63,876 nt of DNA, filler included, from Dehalococcoidia bacterium (GCA_040882355.1; 3 parts of 3 records of this genome joined end to end with filler, not necessarily neighbours in it), one strand, 5' to 3'. Positions 38,717 through 48,792 are shown, counted from the whole stretch's first letter. Numbers and translations are program-made. The notes: generated from the sequence alone by a model not told the origin.

Positions 38717-38770
38717 CCGTAGCCGAGCCTTTCCAGGCTCGGCGGCGAGGCTGGAAAGGCTCGGCTACGG
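38717..38770. repeat. Inverted REP doublet (REPIN-like)
   Basis: ccGTAGccgagcctttccaggctcg-gcgg-cgaggctggaaaggctcggCTACgg. Confidence 0.85.
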
Positions 38771-38788
38771 ATTGCAGAAGCACTGGAG

Positions 38789-39955
38789 ATGACGATGGAC
38801 GCCAAGGCCGCCGCCCGAGAACGCCTCGATCAGGCGCGTGACGAGCTGATCGAGCTCAGCCACAAGATCCACGCCGCGCCGGAGTTGGCGTTCCAGGAGC
38901 ATCAGGCGGTTGGCTGGATCACCAACAAGCTGGCGAAGGCGGGGTTCGCCGTCGAGACCGGTGTCTACGACCTGCCGACGGCGTTCGTCGCGAAGGCCGG
39001 CAGCGGGCCGCTCCACATCGCCATCTGCGCGGAGTACGACTGCCTGCCGGGCATCGGCCACGCCTGCGGGCACAACATCATCGCCGCCGCCGGCGTGGGC
39101 GCGGGCATTGCGGCGGCGCGCGTGGCCGACGAGCTGGGCCTGACCGTGACCGTGATCGGCACGCCCGCCGAAGAAGGCGGCGGCGGCAAGATCCTCCTGC
39201 TCGACCGCGGCGCCTTCGCCGGCGTGCACGCGGCGATGATGGTGCACCCGGCGCCGACCGACGTCGCCGAGCCGCTCGTGATCGCAGTCGCTCACTTCGA
39301 CGTCCACTACACGGGCAAGGAGGCGCACGCCGCCGCCTTCCCGGAGCTGGGCATCAACGCCGCGGACGCGATCACCGTCGCGCAGACCGCGATCGGGCTG
39401 CTGCGCCAGCACATCCGGCCCACCGACCGCATCCACGGCATCGTGACGAAGGGCGGCGAGGCGCCGAACGTCGTGCCCGCGCACACGACCGCGAAGTACT
39501 ACGTGCGGGCGCGAACGCTGCAACAGCTCGAGGAGCTGCTGCCCCGCGTGAACCGCTGCTTCGAAGCCGGCGCTATCGCCACCGGCTGCACGTACGAGGT
39601 CGTCGAGCAGGAAAAGCACTACGCCGACATGCACCACGACCGGGAGCTCGCGGCCGCCTACAAGCGCAACGCGGAAGCGATCGGACGCGTCTTCCCGAAC
39701 CTGAGCTCGGTGCTGGAGCGGACGCCCGGCTCGACGGACATGGGGAACGTCTCGCTCGTCCTGCCGGCGATCCACCCGATGATCGGCATCGGTTCGTGGC
39801 CGGCGGTGAACCACCAGCCGGAGTTCACCGAGCATTGCGCAACGGATCTGGCTGACAAAGCCGTGCTCGACGGGGCGCTGGCGCTCGCCTGGACAGCGAT
39901 CGACGCCGCGACCGATTCGGAACTACGAGAACGGCTCATGCAGGCGAAAGCCTGA
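38789..39955 (+). CDS. M20 family amidohydrolase (AbgB/PM20D2-like)
   Basis: PELAFQE, EYD.LPGIGHACGHN, GTPAEEGGGGK, GSTDMGNVS. Confidence 0.92.
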   Translation: MTMDAKAAARERLDQARDELIELSHKIHAAPELAFQEHQAVGWITNKLAKAGFAVETGVYDLPTAFVAKAGSGPLHIAICAEYDCLPGIGHACGHNIIAAAGVGAGIAAARVADELGLTVTVIGTPAEEGGGGKILLLDRGAFAGVHAAMMVHPAPTDVAEPLVIAVAHFDVHYTGKEAHAAAFPELGINAADAITVAQTAIGLLRQHIRPTDRIHGIVTKGGEAPNVVPAHTTAKYYVRARTLQQLEELLPRVNRCFEAGAIATGCTYEVVEQEKHYADMHHDRELAAAYKRNAEAIGRVFPNLSSVLERTPGSTDMGNVSLVLPAIHPMIGIGSWPAVNHQPEFTEHCATDLADKAVLDGALALAWTAIDAATDSELRERLMQAKA

Positions 39956-39975
39956 CGTAGGGAGGGAGGTCTCAG

Positions 39976-40854
39976 ATGGCCACGAATGGCACAGGAACAC
40001 GAGGCGCGGTGGTGATCACCGGCGCTTCGACAGGCATCGGCGAGGCGTGCGCGCTGCGCCTCGATACTATCGGCTTTCGCGTCTTCGCAGGCGTGCGCAA
40101 TGAGGCGGACGGCGCCCGCGTGAAGGCGCAGGCCTCAGAGCGGCTAGCGCCGTTGATCATCGATGTGACTGACGCCGCATCGATCGCGTCGGCGAAAGAC
40201 ACGGTGACCGCGGCCGTGGGTGAGGCGGGGCTCGCCGGGTTAGTGAACAACGCGGGCGTCGGCGTCGGCGGGGCGCTGGAGTACATCCCGCTCGACGATC
40301 TGCGCCGCCAGCTCGAGGTGAACGTGATCGGGCAGATCGCGGTGACGCAGGCGTTCCTGCCGCTGATCCGCAAGGGCCACGGGCGGATCGTGAACATGGG
40401 GTCGATCGGTGGCAAGGTGGCGACGCCGTTCCTCGGCCCGTACAACGCCTCGAAGTTTGCGATGGAGGCGCTCACGGACGCACTGCGCCAGGAGCTGCGC
40501 CTTTGGGGCATCCAGGTCGCGATCGTCGAGCCCGGCAACATCAAGACGCCGATCTGGGACAAGGCGCGGTCGAGCGCCGACGAGGTCGAGCGCTCGATGC
40601 CCGACGAGGGGCGCCGGCTGTACAGCGGCGCGATCGGCGCGCTGCGCGCGACCGTCGAGAAGCAGGCGACGTCCGGCATCCCGCCGGACGAGGTGGCGAA
40701 GCGGGTCGCCCACGCGCTAACGGCGTCGCAGCCAAAGACGCGGTATCTCGTCGGTGGCGACGCGCGCATGCAGGCGATCCTCGGGCGGGTCGTGCCCGAC
40801 CGCATCCGCGACGGGCTGGTCGCGCGCTTCATGGGCCTGCCCTCGAAGGCGTAA
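39976..40854 (+). CDS. SDR oxidoreductase (retinol/17beta-HSD-like)
   Basis: ITGASTGIG, VNNAG, YNASK, VEPG.IKT.IW. Confidence 0.93.
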   Translation: MATNGTGTRGAVVITGASTGIGEACALRLDTIGFRVFAGVRNEADGARVKAQASERLAPLIIDVTDAASIASAKDTVTAAVGEAGLAGLVNNAGVGVGGALEYIPLDDLRRQLEVNVIGQIAVTQAFLPLIRKGHGRIVNMGSIGGKVATPFLGPYNASKFAMEALTDALRQELRLWGIQVAIVEPGNIKTPIWDKARSSADEVERSMPDEGRRLYSGAIGALRATVEKQATSGIPPDEVAKRVAHALTASQPKTRYLVGGDARMQAILGRVVPDRIRDGLVARFMGLPSKA

Positions 40855-40860
40855 GCTCGC

Positions 40861-43230
40861 ATGAGCGCGCGCTCCGGTGCGGAGGGGCCTGTCCTGAGCG
40901 GGGCCGAAGGGCTGCTTGCGGGCCTCCGCATCGTCGAGCTGTCGGAGCGCCCCGCGGGATGGTACGCCGGCTCGATGTTCGCCGAGCTGGGCGCGCGTGT
41001 CACGGCGCTGCGGCGGCCGGGCTTAACGCCGCCGGACCGCTACCTTCACCTCCAGCAGGGCAAGAATACGGTCGAGGTCGACTGGACGAGCGAGCAGGGC
41101 GCCGCGCATGTCCCCGCGCTGCTCGCCGACGTGGATGTCTTCGTCACTACCCTGGGACCGTCCGAGGCCGAGGCGCTCCGCCTCACCTACGACGACGCGC
41201 GCGGCGCGAACGACCAACTCGTCTACGTGGCGCTGACGCCGTTCGGGCTAGACGGGCCGTACCGAGACTATCGCGCCGACGAGCTGGCGATCGAGGCGCT
41301 GATGGGGCTGATGGACCTCACGGGCGAGCCCGGCCGGGAACCGCTCAAGCTCGGCGGCGAGATCATCGAGCAGATGGCGGGCCTGACGGCGTTCGTCGCA
41401 GCGGAGGCGGCGCTGCTGCATCGGGCCGCCGGTGGCGCGGGCCGCCTCGTTGACGTCTCGATGCTCGAAGCGGCGGTCTCGATGATGGAGCACTCGCCGG
41501 CGATCTGGGCGTACCAGCGCATCGTGCGCAAGCGGACGGGCAACTGGGGCGCGCTGGCAGGCTGGGGGCTGTACCCCGCGCGAGACGGCTACGTCGGCAT
41601 CATCTCCGGCCTCGGCGAGACCTACCAGCGCTTCCGCCGGCACATCGGCGGCGCGCTGCTCGAACCGGGCTACGAAGACATCGGCGCGCGCGCCGCGCTC
41701 GCGTCCGAGATGAACGCCGCCATCATCGCCTACACGTCGGAGCGGACGAAGGCGGAGGTGTACGAGGCCGGCCAGCGCGACCGGCTGCCCTTCGGCTACG
41801 TCTGCACCGTCCCGGAGTTGCTCGACTCTCCGCAGTTGGGCGCGCGCTCCTTCTTCCGCGACCTGCCCGGCCCCGACGGACGGCGCGTGCTCGCGCCCGG
41901 CCTGCCCTTTCGCGTCACGCCCGGCCCGGCGAACGAGGCGCCGCGCGCGCAGTCTCCTGTGCGCCAGCCGGCGCCGCCGCTCGCCGGGGTACGCGTGCTC
42001 GACCTCGGCGTCGTCTGGGCCGGGCCGCATTGCACACGGCTGCTCGCCGACATGGGCGCGCAGGTGATCAAGGTCGAGTCGCCCGACACCTTCGATCCGA
42101 TTCGCGGCCCGCGCCGCCCGGCGAGCCCTCGCGCGGGCGTCTACCCCGACCGTGACCCAGGCGAGCGCCCCTACAACCGCCACGCGTACTTCAACGAACG
42201 GAATCGCAACAAGCTGGGCATGACGATCGACCTAAAGCGGCCGGAGGGCCGCGAGCTGCTGCTGAAGCTGGCGGCGATCAGCGACGTGCTGGTCGAGAAC
42301 TTCTCGACCGGCGCGATGGAGAGGCTCGGCCTGGGTTACGACGTCGTGAGCGCCGTGAGGCCGGACATCGTCTACCTTTCGATGCCGGCGTTCGGCAACA
42401 CGGGGCCGGAGGCGCACTACGCCGGCTACGGCGCGACGAGCGACCAGCTATCGGGCCTGGTCTCCCTCACCGGCTACGGCCCGGAAGATCTTCAGAGCCC
42501 CGGCATCAACCTGAGCGATCCGGTCGCCGGCACGCACGCCGCGGCAGCGATCCTCGCCGCGCTGCTCGCTCGCCACCGCACCGGCGAGGGCTGCTACATC
42601 GACCTGTCGCACCGGGAGGCGACCGCGCGGCTGCTCGGTCCGGAGATCGTCGAGTGGCAGCTCACGGGCGAAGCGCCGCTCGCCCGCGCGAACCGCCATC
42701 CAGCGAAGGCGCCGCACGGCGTCTACGCATGTCGCGGCGATGGATTCGACAAGCTCACCACAGGCGACCGCTGGCTGGCGCTGTCGATTTCGACTGACGA
42801 CGAGTGGCGCGCGGCCTGCAACGTGCTCGACATCGACGACGAGCGCTTCGCGACGGCGGAGGCGCGCCTGGAGCACGTCGATAAGCTGGACGCACTGGTC
42901 GCGGAGCGCGCGCGCGACCGCGACGCCGACGAGCTGATGCACGCGCTCCAGCGCGCCGGCGTGCCGGCCGCCGACGTGCGCAGCGCGGACCGCCTCTTCG
43001 CCGACGCGCAGCTCAAGGCACGCCACTACTGGCGGCTGGTCGAGCACCCCGAGGCGGGCGCCCGCGAGATCCTCGGCTTCCCGTGGCGGATGCCTGAGCT
43101 GCCAGAGGTGGAGATGGCGCCTGCGCCGTGCCTGAGCGAGCACAATCGACCCGTCCTGCGCGACGTGCTCGGCCTGCCCGAAGACGAAATCGATGGTTTG
43201 GAGGCGCAAGGTGTCATCGGAAGGCCCTGA
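40861..43230 (+). CDS. Family III CoA-transferase (CaiB/BaiF), tandem double-domain
   Basis: Two repeats: LAGLRIVE...FG..GPY and LAGVRVLDL..VWAGP..LAD.GA.VIKVE..NRNK..VENF. Confidence 0.93.
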   Translation: MSARSGAEGPVLSGAEGLLAGLRIVELSERPAGWYAGSMFAELGARVTALRRPGLTPPDRYLHLQQGKNTVEVDWTSEQGAAHVPALLADVDVFVTTLGPSEAEALRLTYDDARGANDQLVYVALTPFGLDGPYRDYRADELAIEALMGLMDLTGEPGREPLKLGGEIIEQMAGLTAFVAAEAALLHRAAGGAGRLVDVSMLEAAVSMMEHSPAIWAYQRIVRKRTGNWGALAGWGLYPARDGYVGIISGLGETYQRFRRHIGGALLEPGYEDIGARAALASEMNAAIIAYTSERTKAEVYEAGQRDRLPFGYVCTVPELLDSPQLGARSFFRDLPGPDGRRVLAPGLPFRVTPGPANEAPRAQSPVRQPAPPLAGVRVLDLGVVWAGPHCTRLLADMGAQVIKVESPDTFDPIRGPRRPASPRAGVYPDRDPGERPYNRHAYFNERNRNKLGMTIDLKRPEGRELLLKLAAISDVLVENFSTGAMERLGLGYDVVSAVRPDIVYLSMPAFGNTGPEAHYAGYGATSDQLSGLVSLTGYGPEDLQSPGINLSDPVAGTHAAAAILAALLARHRTGEGCYIDLSHREATARLLGPEIVEWQLTGEAPLARANRHPAKAPHGVYACRGDGFDKLTTGDRWLALSISTDDEWRAACNVLDIDDERFATAEARLEHVDKLDALVAERARDRDADELMHALQRAGVPAADVRSADRLFADAQLKARHYWRLVEHPEAGAREILGFPWRMPELPEVEMAPAPCLSEHNRPVLRDVLGLPEDEIDGLEAQGVIGRP

Positions 43231-43247
43231 GTTGCGTTGCTATCGTG

Positions 43248-43574
43248 ATGAGCCAGCGCACCCGCACCATTCTGGGCAGGGCCTTCCTGGCGCTGAGCGC
43301 CATCTCGCTCGTCGTAGGCATCGCGACGCACGCCTGGGACACCGTGCCTCTAGCCGTGGTGGGCCTCACGGGCGGGCTTCTGCTTCTCAACGTCCGCAGC
43401 GATGCCGCACCTGTCGAAGCCTGGCGCCACCTTGCGTTGCCGCTCATCGTTGGCTCGCTGGCCCTCGTCGTCGCAATGATCGTCTACCGGACGGCGGCGG
43501 CGCCCTTCGTGCTGCCGGCGCTCATCGTGCTGATGGGCGCGGCGATCGCTCTCTTCCAGTTGCGGCGCGCCTGA
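43248..43574 (+). CDS. Small four-TM membrane protein
   Basis: 108 aa with four hydrophobic segments, in-operon spacing. Confidence 0.65.
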   Translation: MSQRTRTILGRAFLALSAISLVVGIATHAWDTVPLAVVGLTGGLLLLNVRSDAAPVEAWRHLALPLIVGSLALVVAMIVYRTAAAPFVLPALIVLMGAAIALFQLRRA

Positions 43575-43584
43575 GGAGCGCCTG

Positions 43585-44577
43585 ATGCGGCGCATGGTGC
43601 TCCGCGAGACCGGTCCGGTCGAAGACCGAAGGCTCGTCGAAGAGGAGAGCGCGCTCCCGCCGCCCGGTCCGGGCGAGATGGCGCTGCGGGTGCTCGCCTG
43701 CGGCGTCTGCCGCACCGACCTGCACATCATCGAGGGTGATCTGGCGACGCCGCTGCCGCGCGTGCCCGGCCACCAGGTCGTCGGCCGGGTCGAGGCGCTC
43801 GGCGATGGCGTTGAGGGCATCGCCGTTGGTGACCGCGTTGGCGTCGCGTGGCTCGCATCGACGTGCGGCGAGTGCGCCTACTGCGCCAGCGGGCGCGAGA
43901 ACCTGTGCGCGCGGGCGCGCTTCACCGGCCGCGACGTCGACGGCGGCTTCGCCGAGGCGATGCTCGTCGACGCGCGCTTCGTCTACCCGCTGCCCGAGGC
44001 GTTCTCGGACGTCGAAGCCGCGCCGCTACTGTGCGCGGGCATCATCGGCTACCGGGCGCTCAGGCTAAGCGAGGTGCGGCCGGGTGGCCGGCTGGGGCTC
44101 TTCGGCTTCGGCGCGTCGGCGCACCTGGCGATCCAGGTGGCCCGCTCCTGGGGTTGCGAGACGTTCGTCTTCACACGCGAGCCCGACCACCAGCGTCACG
44201 CGCTCGACCTGGGCGCTGCCTGGTCGGGCGGCCTCGACGACGACCCTGGCGTCCTGCTCGACGCGGCGGTGAGCTTCGCGCCGGTTGGAACGGTCGTCCC
44301 GCTGGCGCTCGCGCGCCTCGACCGGGGCGGCACGCTGGCCGTGAACGCCGTCTACGCCAGCGACATCCCGTCGTTCCCCTACGACAGGCTCTACTGGGAA
44401 CGCACCGTGCGCAGCGTCGCGAACTACACGCGAGAGGACGCCCGCGAGTTCCTGGCGCTGGCGGCGGAGATCGGCGTGCGGGCGGAGACGGAGACGCACC
44501 CCTTGCGGGACGCGAACGAAGCGCTCGCGCGCCTCAAGCGCGGCGAGGTGCGCGGCGCCGCGGTGCTGGTCCCGTGA
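43585..44577 (+). CDS. Zinc-binding alcohol dehydrogenase family protein
   Basis: CGVCRTDLH, PGHQ, C..C..C.......C structural Zn site, PLLCAG, GFGASA. Confidence 0.93.
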   Translation: MRRMVLRETGPVEDRRLVEEESALPPPGPGEMALRVLACGVCRTDLHIIEGDLATPLPRVPGHQVVGRVEALGDGVEGIAVGDRVGVAWLASTCGECAYCASGRENLCARARFTGRDVDGGFAEAMLVDARFVYPLPEAFSDVEAAPLLCAGIIGYRALRLSEVRPGGRLGLFGFGASAHLAIQVARSWGCETFVFTREPDHQRHALDLGAAWSGGLDDDPGVLLDAAVSFAPVGTVVPLALARLDRGGTLAVNAVYASDIPSFPYDRLYWERTVRSVANYTREDAREFLALAAEIGVRAETETHPLRDANEALARLKRGEVRGAAVLVP

Positions 44578-44598
44578 GAGTCACATGCGCTAAGCCTC

Positions 44599-44734
44599 GC
44601 AGGGGCGAGAGCCCGCCCTGAGCGAAGTCGAAGGGTCCGGTCGCCCCTACAATGCCGCACGCCGCTGTCCGTAGCTACAGGCCTTTAGGCCTGTCAAGGG
44701 TCAGCCAGGCAGAGCTGAAGCCCGGCAGCTACGG
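44599..44734. repeat. Mosaic of REP-like palindromes
   Basis: gcaggggcga...tcgcccCTAC enclosing ccctgagcgaagtcgaaggg; then ccGTAGct...agCTACgg doublet. Confidence 0.6.
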
Positions 44735-44796
44735 TACGTGGGCAGCCATATGTGTCAATCTGCGTGGCACCCTTCGAGGCGGAACCGATATTGTTA

Positions 44797-45307
44797 GCCA
44801 CAGATGGACACAGATGAAACACAGATTCATCGCACGGGCGAGACGTTTCCGTCACGTGAAGTCACGCAGCGTATCATCGGCGCGGCCTATGAAGTCTACC
44901 ACGAGCTTGGCTACGGCTTCCTCGAGAAGGTGTACGAGAACGCCCTCGCGATGGAACTACGGCGAGTTGGACTGAACGTTGTTGCCCAGGCCGAGATCGA
45001 GGTGAAGTACAAAGGAGAGGTCGCGGGAATCTACTATGCCGATCTACTGGTGGACGGGAAGGTAATCTGTGAGATCAAGTCAGGTCAGGAGATCGCTGGA
45101 GCTCACCAGGCGCAACTCCTGAACTACCTGAAGGCCACGGGTATCAAGGTCGGCTTGATCCTCAATTTCGGCCCGAAGCGGGTGGATGTCAAGAGGATGG
45201 TCTTCTGACCACGGGCTCGGTGCAGATAATATCCACAGATTGACATGAATGAACACAGTCAGCCATCTACTAAGGGAAATCTGTGCCAATCTGTGTTCAT
45301 CTGTGGC
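44797..45307. repeat. Phased CACAGAT triple repeats in inverted orientation flanking the GxxExxY gene
   Basis: Left 44797-44827 gccacagatggacacagatgaaacacagatt; right 45278-45307 reverse complement gccacagatgaacacagattggcacagatt; weaker copies at 44748-44768 and 45233-45259. Confidence 0.85.
44804..45208 (+). CDS. GxxExxY protein (PD-(D/E)XK nuclease-like)
   Basis: IIGAAYEVY.ELGYGFLEKVYENAL, ADLLV..KVICEIK, QLLNYLKAT...GLILNFG. Confidence 0.93.
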   Translation: MDTDETQIHRTGETFPSREVTQRIIGAAYEVYHELGYGFLEKVYENALAMELRRVGLNVVAQAEIEVKYKGEVAGIYYADLLVDGKVICEIKSGQEIAGAHQAQLLNYLKATGIKVGLILNFGPKRVDVKRMVF

Positions 45308-45324
45308 CGTGACCAGGTGTTTGG

Positions 45325-46482
45325 ATGACGACGCTCGCGATCTGCAACGGTACCGTCTACACGCCCTTCGATGTGATCGAGGATGGGGCGGTGCTCGTGC
45401 GGGACGGCGTGATCGAAGCGGTGGGGCCGCGCGCGCAGGTGCCGGTCGACAGCGCTGACGAGCGCATCGACTGCGGCGGGCGGAACATCTGCCCGGGTTT
45501 CATCGACCTGCAAGTGAACGGCGGCGGGGGCGTGCTGCTCACGGAGCAAGGCGACGTGGATGCGGTCGACCGGATGGCGCGGGCCCACGCCCGCTTCGGC
45601 ACAACGGCGATGCTGCCCACTGTCGTGACGTCGCGCGAGGACGTGATGGTGCGCGGCCTCGAGGCCGTGCGTGATGCGATGCAGCGCCCGCCAGCCAGCG
45701 CGCGCATCCTGGGCGCGCATCTGGAAGGCCCCTTCATCAACCCGGCGCGCAAGGGCGCCCACAACGAACGCTTCATTCGCGAACCCGACGCCGCCCTGTT
45801 CGAGCGACTGCTCGCTGCCCGGTCGCTGCGCCTGATCACGCTCGCGCCGGAGCTGGCGGGCGCGCTCGATCTCGTACGGGCGGCGCGCGCGGCGAACGTC
45901 ACCGTCTCGATCGGGCACAGCGACGCGACGTACGACGAAGCGCGCGCCGCCATCCATGCGGGCGCGTCCTTCGCCACGCACCTCTTCAACGCGATGCGCC
46001 CGCTTCAGCAGCGCGAGCCGGGCGTGATCGGCGCGCTGCTCGCGAGCGACGACATCGTCGCGGGGATGATCGCGGACGCTGTCCACGTCCACCCGGCGCT
46101 GCTCGGCGTCGCCGCGCGCGCCAAGGGCGCGAATCGCATCGCCCTCGTCACCGACGCGATGCCGCCCGCGGGCGCGGAAGGCGCGTCGTTCAGCCTCTAT
46201 GGCGGCGACATCGTCGTGCGCGACGGCGCGTGTTACACGCCGGAGGGAGTGCTCGCGGGCAGCGCCCTGACGATGGACCGCGCCGTGCGCAACATGCGCC
46301 GCCTCGCCGGGGTGCCGCTGCGCGAGTGCATCGAGATGGCGACGGCGACACCCGCACGCGTCCTCGGCCTCGAAGGCGAGCTGGGCGTGCTCGCGCCGGG
46401 CGCGCGCGCCGACATCGTGGTCTGCGATGACGACGTGAACGTGTGGCGCGTGTTCGTGGGCGGAGTGCTGGTGCAAGGGTGA
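45325..46482 (+). CDS. nagA: N-acetylglucosamine-6-phosphate deacetylase
   Basis: PGFIDLQVNG, HLEGPF, RKGAH, TLAPE, GHSDA, THLFNAM, LVTDAM, LAGS.LTMD. Confidence 0.95.
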   Translation: MTTLAICNGTVYTPFDVIEDGAVLVRDGVIEAVGPRAQVPVDSADERIDCGGRNICPGFIDLQVNGGGGVLLTEQGDVDAVDRMARAHARFGTTAMLPTVVTSREDVMVRGLEAVRDAMQRPPASARILGAHLEGPFINPARKGAHNERFIREPDAALFERLLAARSLRLITLAPELAGALDLVRAARAANVTVSIGHSDATYDEARAAIHAGASFATHLFNAMRPLQQREPGVIGALLASDDIVAGMIADAVHVHPALLGVAARAKGANRIALVTDAMPPAGAEGASFSLYGGDIVVRDGACYTPEGVLAGSALTMDRAVRNMRRLAGVPLRECIEMATATPARVLGLEGELGVLAPGARADIVVCDDDVNVWRVFVGGVLVQG

Positions 46483-47921
46483 ACGGTTCGCACTCGGCGG
46501 GGGTCGCGGCGGCGGGCGCATCGGCGCTGCTCTCTCCGTCTGCCCGTTCGTCCGGCGCTCCGGACAGTCGTGGCCGCAGGAGGCTGAGGCGGGCCCGAAA
46601 CGACACCGTCGACAGGCCGGTCCTCGCCGATCGCCAGACAGCCGGGCTTGCGCTGCTCTTCCTGCTGGCGCTGGCGTTGCGCGTCGTCTGGATCGTCGCG
46701 GCCGACGTCGAACCCAACTTCGAGGACGACACGGGGCGATACCAGGCGCTGGCCGAGAGCCTGGCTGACGGCCATGGCTACGTCCTGTTCAACGACGATC
46801 CGACGGCGTTCGTGCCGGTCGGCTACCCGGCGACGCTCGCCGCGGTCTACAGCGTCGTCGGGAACCACTACGAGGCAGCGCTGGCGCTCAACGCGCTCGC
46901 GGGCGCGGCCACGGCTGTCCTCACGTTCTTCCTCGCGTCGCAGGTGGCCGGCAAACGCGCGGCGTGGCTCGCCGGCATCGCCGTCGCGGTCTTCCCCAGC
47001 CAGGTGTTCTTCAGCTCGCTTACGATGACGGAGGTGCCCTACACGGCCCTCGCGCTGACGATCATCCTGGCGCTACTGGCCATGATTCGCGGAAGCATGC
47101 CTCGCTGGCCGGTGCTGCTCGCGTTCGGCTTCTTGCTGGGCTATGCCAGCCTCATGCGAGGCGAGACAGTCCTGCTCCCCGTGATCGCGGCCACGTTCAT
47201 CGGCGCGCGCGGCGGGAGCTGGAGCACAGCGGGCCGCTGGCTCGCACTGGTGCTAATCGGCATGGCGGCTGCGATCGCGCCGTGGACGGTGCGCAACATG
47301 GTCGAGATGCGCGCCTTCGTGCCGCTGAGCACCCACGCGGGGGTCACGCTCTGGGTCGGCCACCACGAAGGCGCCACCGGGCGCTTCGTCTTTGCCGACG
47401 AGCTGTTCGCGCAGGTAGAGGAGGAGTTGGTCAAAGAGGGAGGAGAGCCGGACGCAGTCGACTTCGAGACGAGGGCCAACCAGGTAGGAGTCCGCGAGTC
47501 AGTCCAGTTCGCACTCTCCAACCCGCTGGAGGAAGTGCGGCTCACCGGAGTGAAGCTCTGGTCGATGTTCAACAACGACAGGGAGGCGATCTACTGGAAC
47601 GAGACCCATGGGAGCAGACCGTTCCTGGACCAGGAACCACGCAGCCGCCTCCTCACCCTCTCCGACGTGACGTACTTCTTCCTGCTGGCCTCCTTCGTCA
47701 TCGGTGTCTTGCTCTGGCTGAGCGAGCCGAACGTTAGCGGAGCGTTCCTGCTGGCGGTGCTCGCCTACTGGACCGCCGCGCACGTCATGTTCATCGGTGA
47801 CGCGCGCTACCACTTCTCGATGGTCCCGATCATGGCGGTCTTCGCCACGATCGCCTGGACGGCGGCAGGGGCGTGGGGGCGTCAGGCTGCGCAGCGCTTC
47901 GGAGTCATGGGCTCGGACTGA
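46479..47921 (+). CDS. GT39/ArnT-like polytopic glycosyltransferase
   Basis: D...Y..LA.SLA.G.GY, P.GYP, MTE, PWTVRN, RY...M.P; ~11 TM helices; start uncertain. Confidence 0.8.
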   Translation: MNGSHSAGVAAAGASALLSPSARSSGAPDSRGRRRLRRARNDTVDRPVLADRQTAGLALLFLLALALRVVWIVAADVEPNFEDDTGRYQALAESLADGHGYVLFNDDPTAFVPVGYPATLAAVYSVVGNHYEAALALNALAGAATAVLTFFLASQVAGKRAAWLAGIAVAVFPSQVFFSSLTMTEVPYTALALTIILALLAMIRGSMPRWPVLLAFGFLLGYASLMRGETVLLPVIAATFIGARGGSWSTAGRWLALVLIGMAAAIAPWTVRNMVEMRAFVPLSTHAGVTLWVGHHEGATGRFVFADELFAQVEEELVKEGGEPDAVDFETRANQVGVRESVQFALSNPLEEVRLTGVKLWSMFNNDREAIYWNETHGSRPFLDQEPRSRLLTLSDVTYFFLLASFVIGVLLWLSEPNVSGAFLLAVLAYWTAAHVMFIGDARYHFSMVPIMAVFATIAWTAAGAWGRQAAQRFGVMGSD

Positions 47922-47978
47922 GGTGCGCCCCACGCCACACTGGCCGCGCGGTCGTGACAGCCCGCGCTCGTTCCCGGC

Positions 47979-48722
47979 TTAGTTGAACGACTCGTGCCAG
48001 CGGGTGAGCCGTGAGCCCGCCGGCTGGTCGAGGACGACGGTGAGGTGCGGGTGGCGGCGGAGGACTGAGGCGGGCAGCGCCTCGGTCACGGCGCCCTCCA
48101 GCGCCTGCGAGACGATATCGGCCTTGCCGGCGCCCAGCGCCACCAGCACGACGCGTCGCGCGGCGCGCAGGTCGGCGATGCCGAGCGTCAGCCCGCGCGA
48201 CGGCGTCGCCGCCAGTGAGCCGAAGCCCTCGATGTACGGCGCGCGCGTGTCGTCGCTCAGCTCCACGAGCCGCGCCTGCGAATCGAACGGCGAGCCGGGC
48301 TCGTTGAAGGCGATGTGCCCGTTGCGCCCGATACCGACAAGCGCGATCTCCAGCCCGCCGGCGTCCTCGATCAGCCGCGCGAAGCGGGCGCACTCCGCGT
48401 CGGAGTCGGGCGGGTCGCTCGCCATGACGTGCAGCGCCCGCAGCGGGATGCGCGACGAGACGCGCTCGGCGAAGTAGGTCGCGTTGGTGGCGGAGTGCTC
48501 AGGCGGGACGCCGTACAGCTCGTCGATGGCGAAGGCAGTGACCGCGCTCAGATCGACCACGCCCGCGTCGACTCGCCGCGCCAGCTCGTCGTAGAGGCTG
48601 AGCGGCGTTCTGCCGGATGGCAGGCCGATAGCAGCGTCGGGGCGGTTTGCGACCACCTCGCCGAGCACGTCGGCGGCCATGCGGGCGAACTGCTCCTCGC
48701 TGGCGCCGATCATCGTGCGCAT
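47979..48722 (-). CDS. nagB: Glucosamine-6-phosphate deaminase
   Basis: IGLPSGRTP, IDE..G, GIGRNGHIAFNEPGS, TLGI, G.GKA, PASVL..H. Confidence 0.93.
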   Translation of the reverse strand: MRTMIGASEEQFARMAADVLGEVVANRPDAAIGLPSGRTPLSLYDELARRVDAGVVDLSAVTAFAIDELYGVPPEHSATNATYFAERVSSRIPLRALHVMASDPPDSDAECARFARLIEDAGGLEIALVGIGRNGHIAFNEPGSPFDSQARLVELSDDTRAPYIEGFGSLAATPSRGLTLGIADLRAARRVVLVALGAGKADIVSQALEGAVTEALPASVLRRHPHLTVVLDQPAGSRLTRWHESFN

Positions 48723-48792
48723 GCGCCCAGCATAGCGCGGCAGGGCGCCTGGCTCATGCGTGCCGCAACGGTTGGTGGTAGGATGGAGCGCG

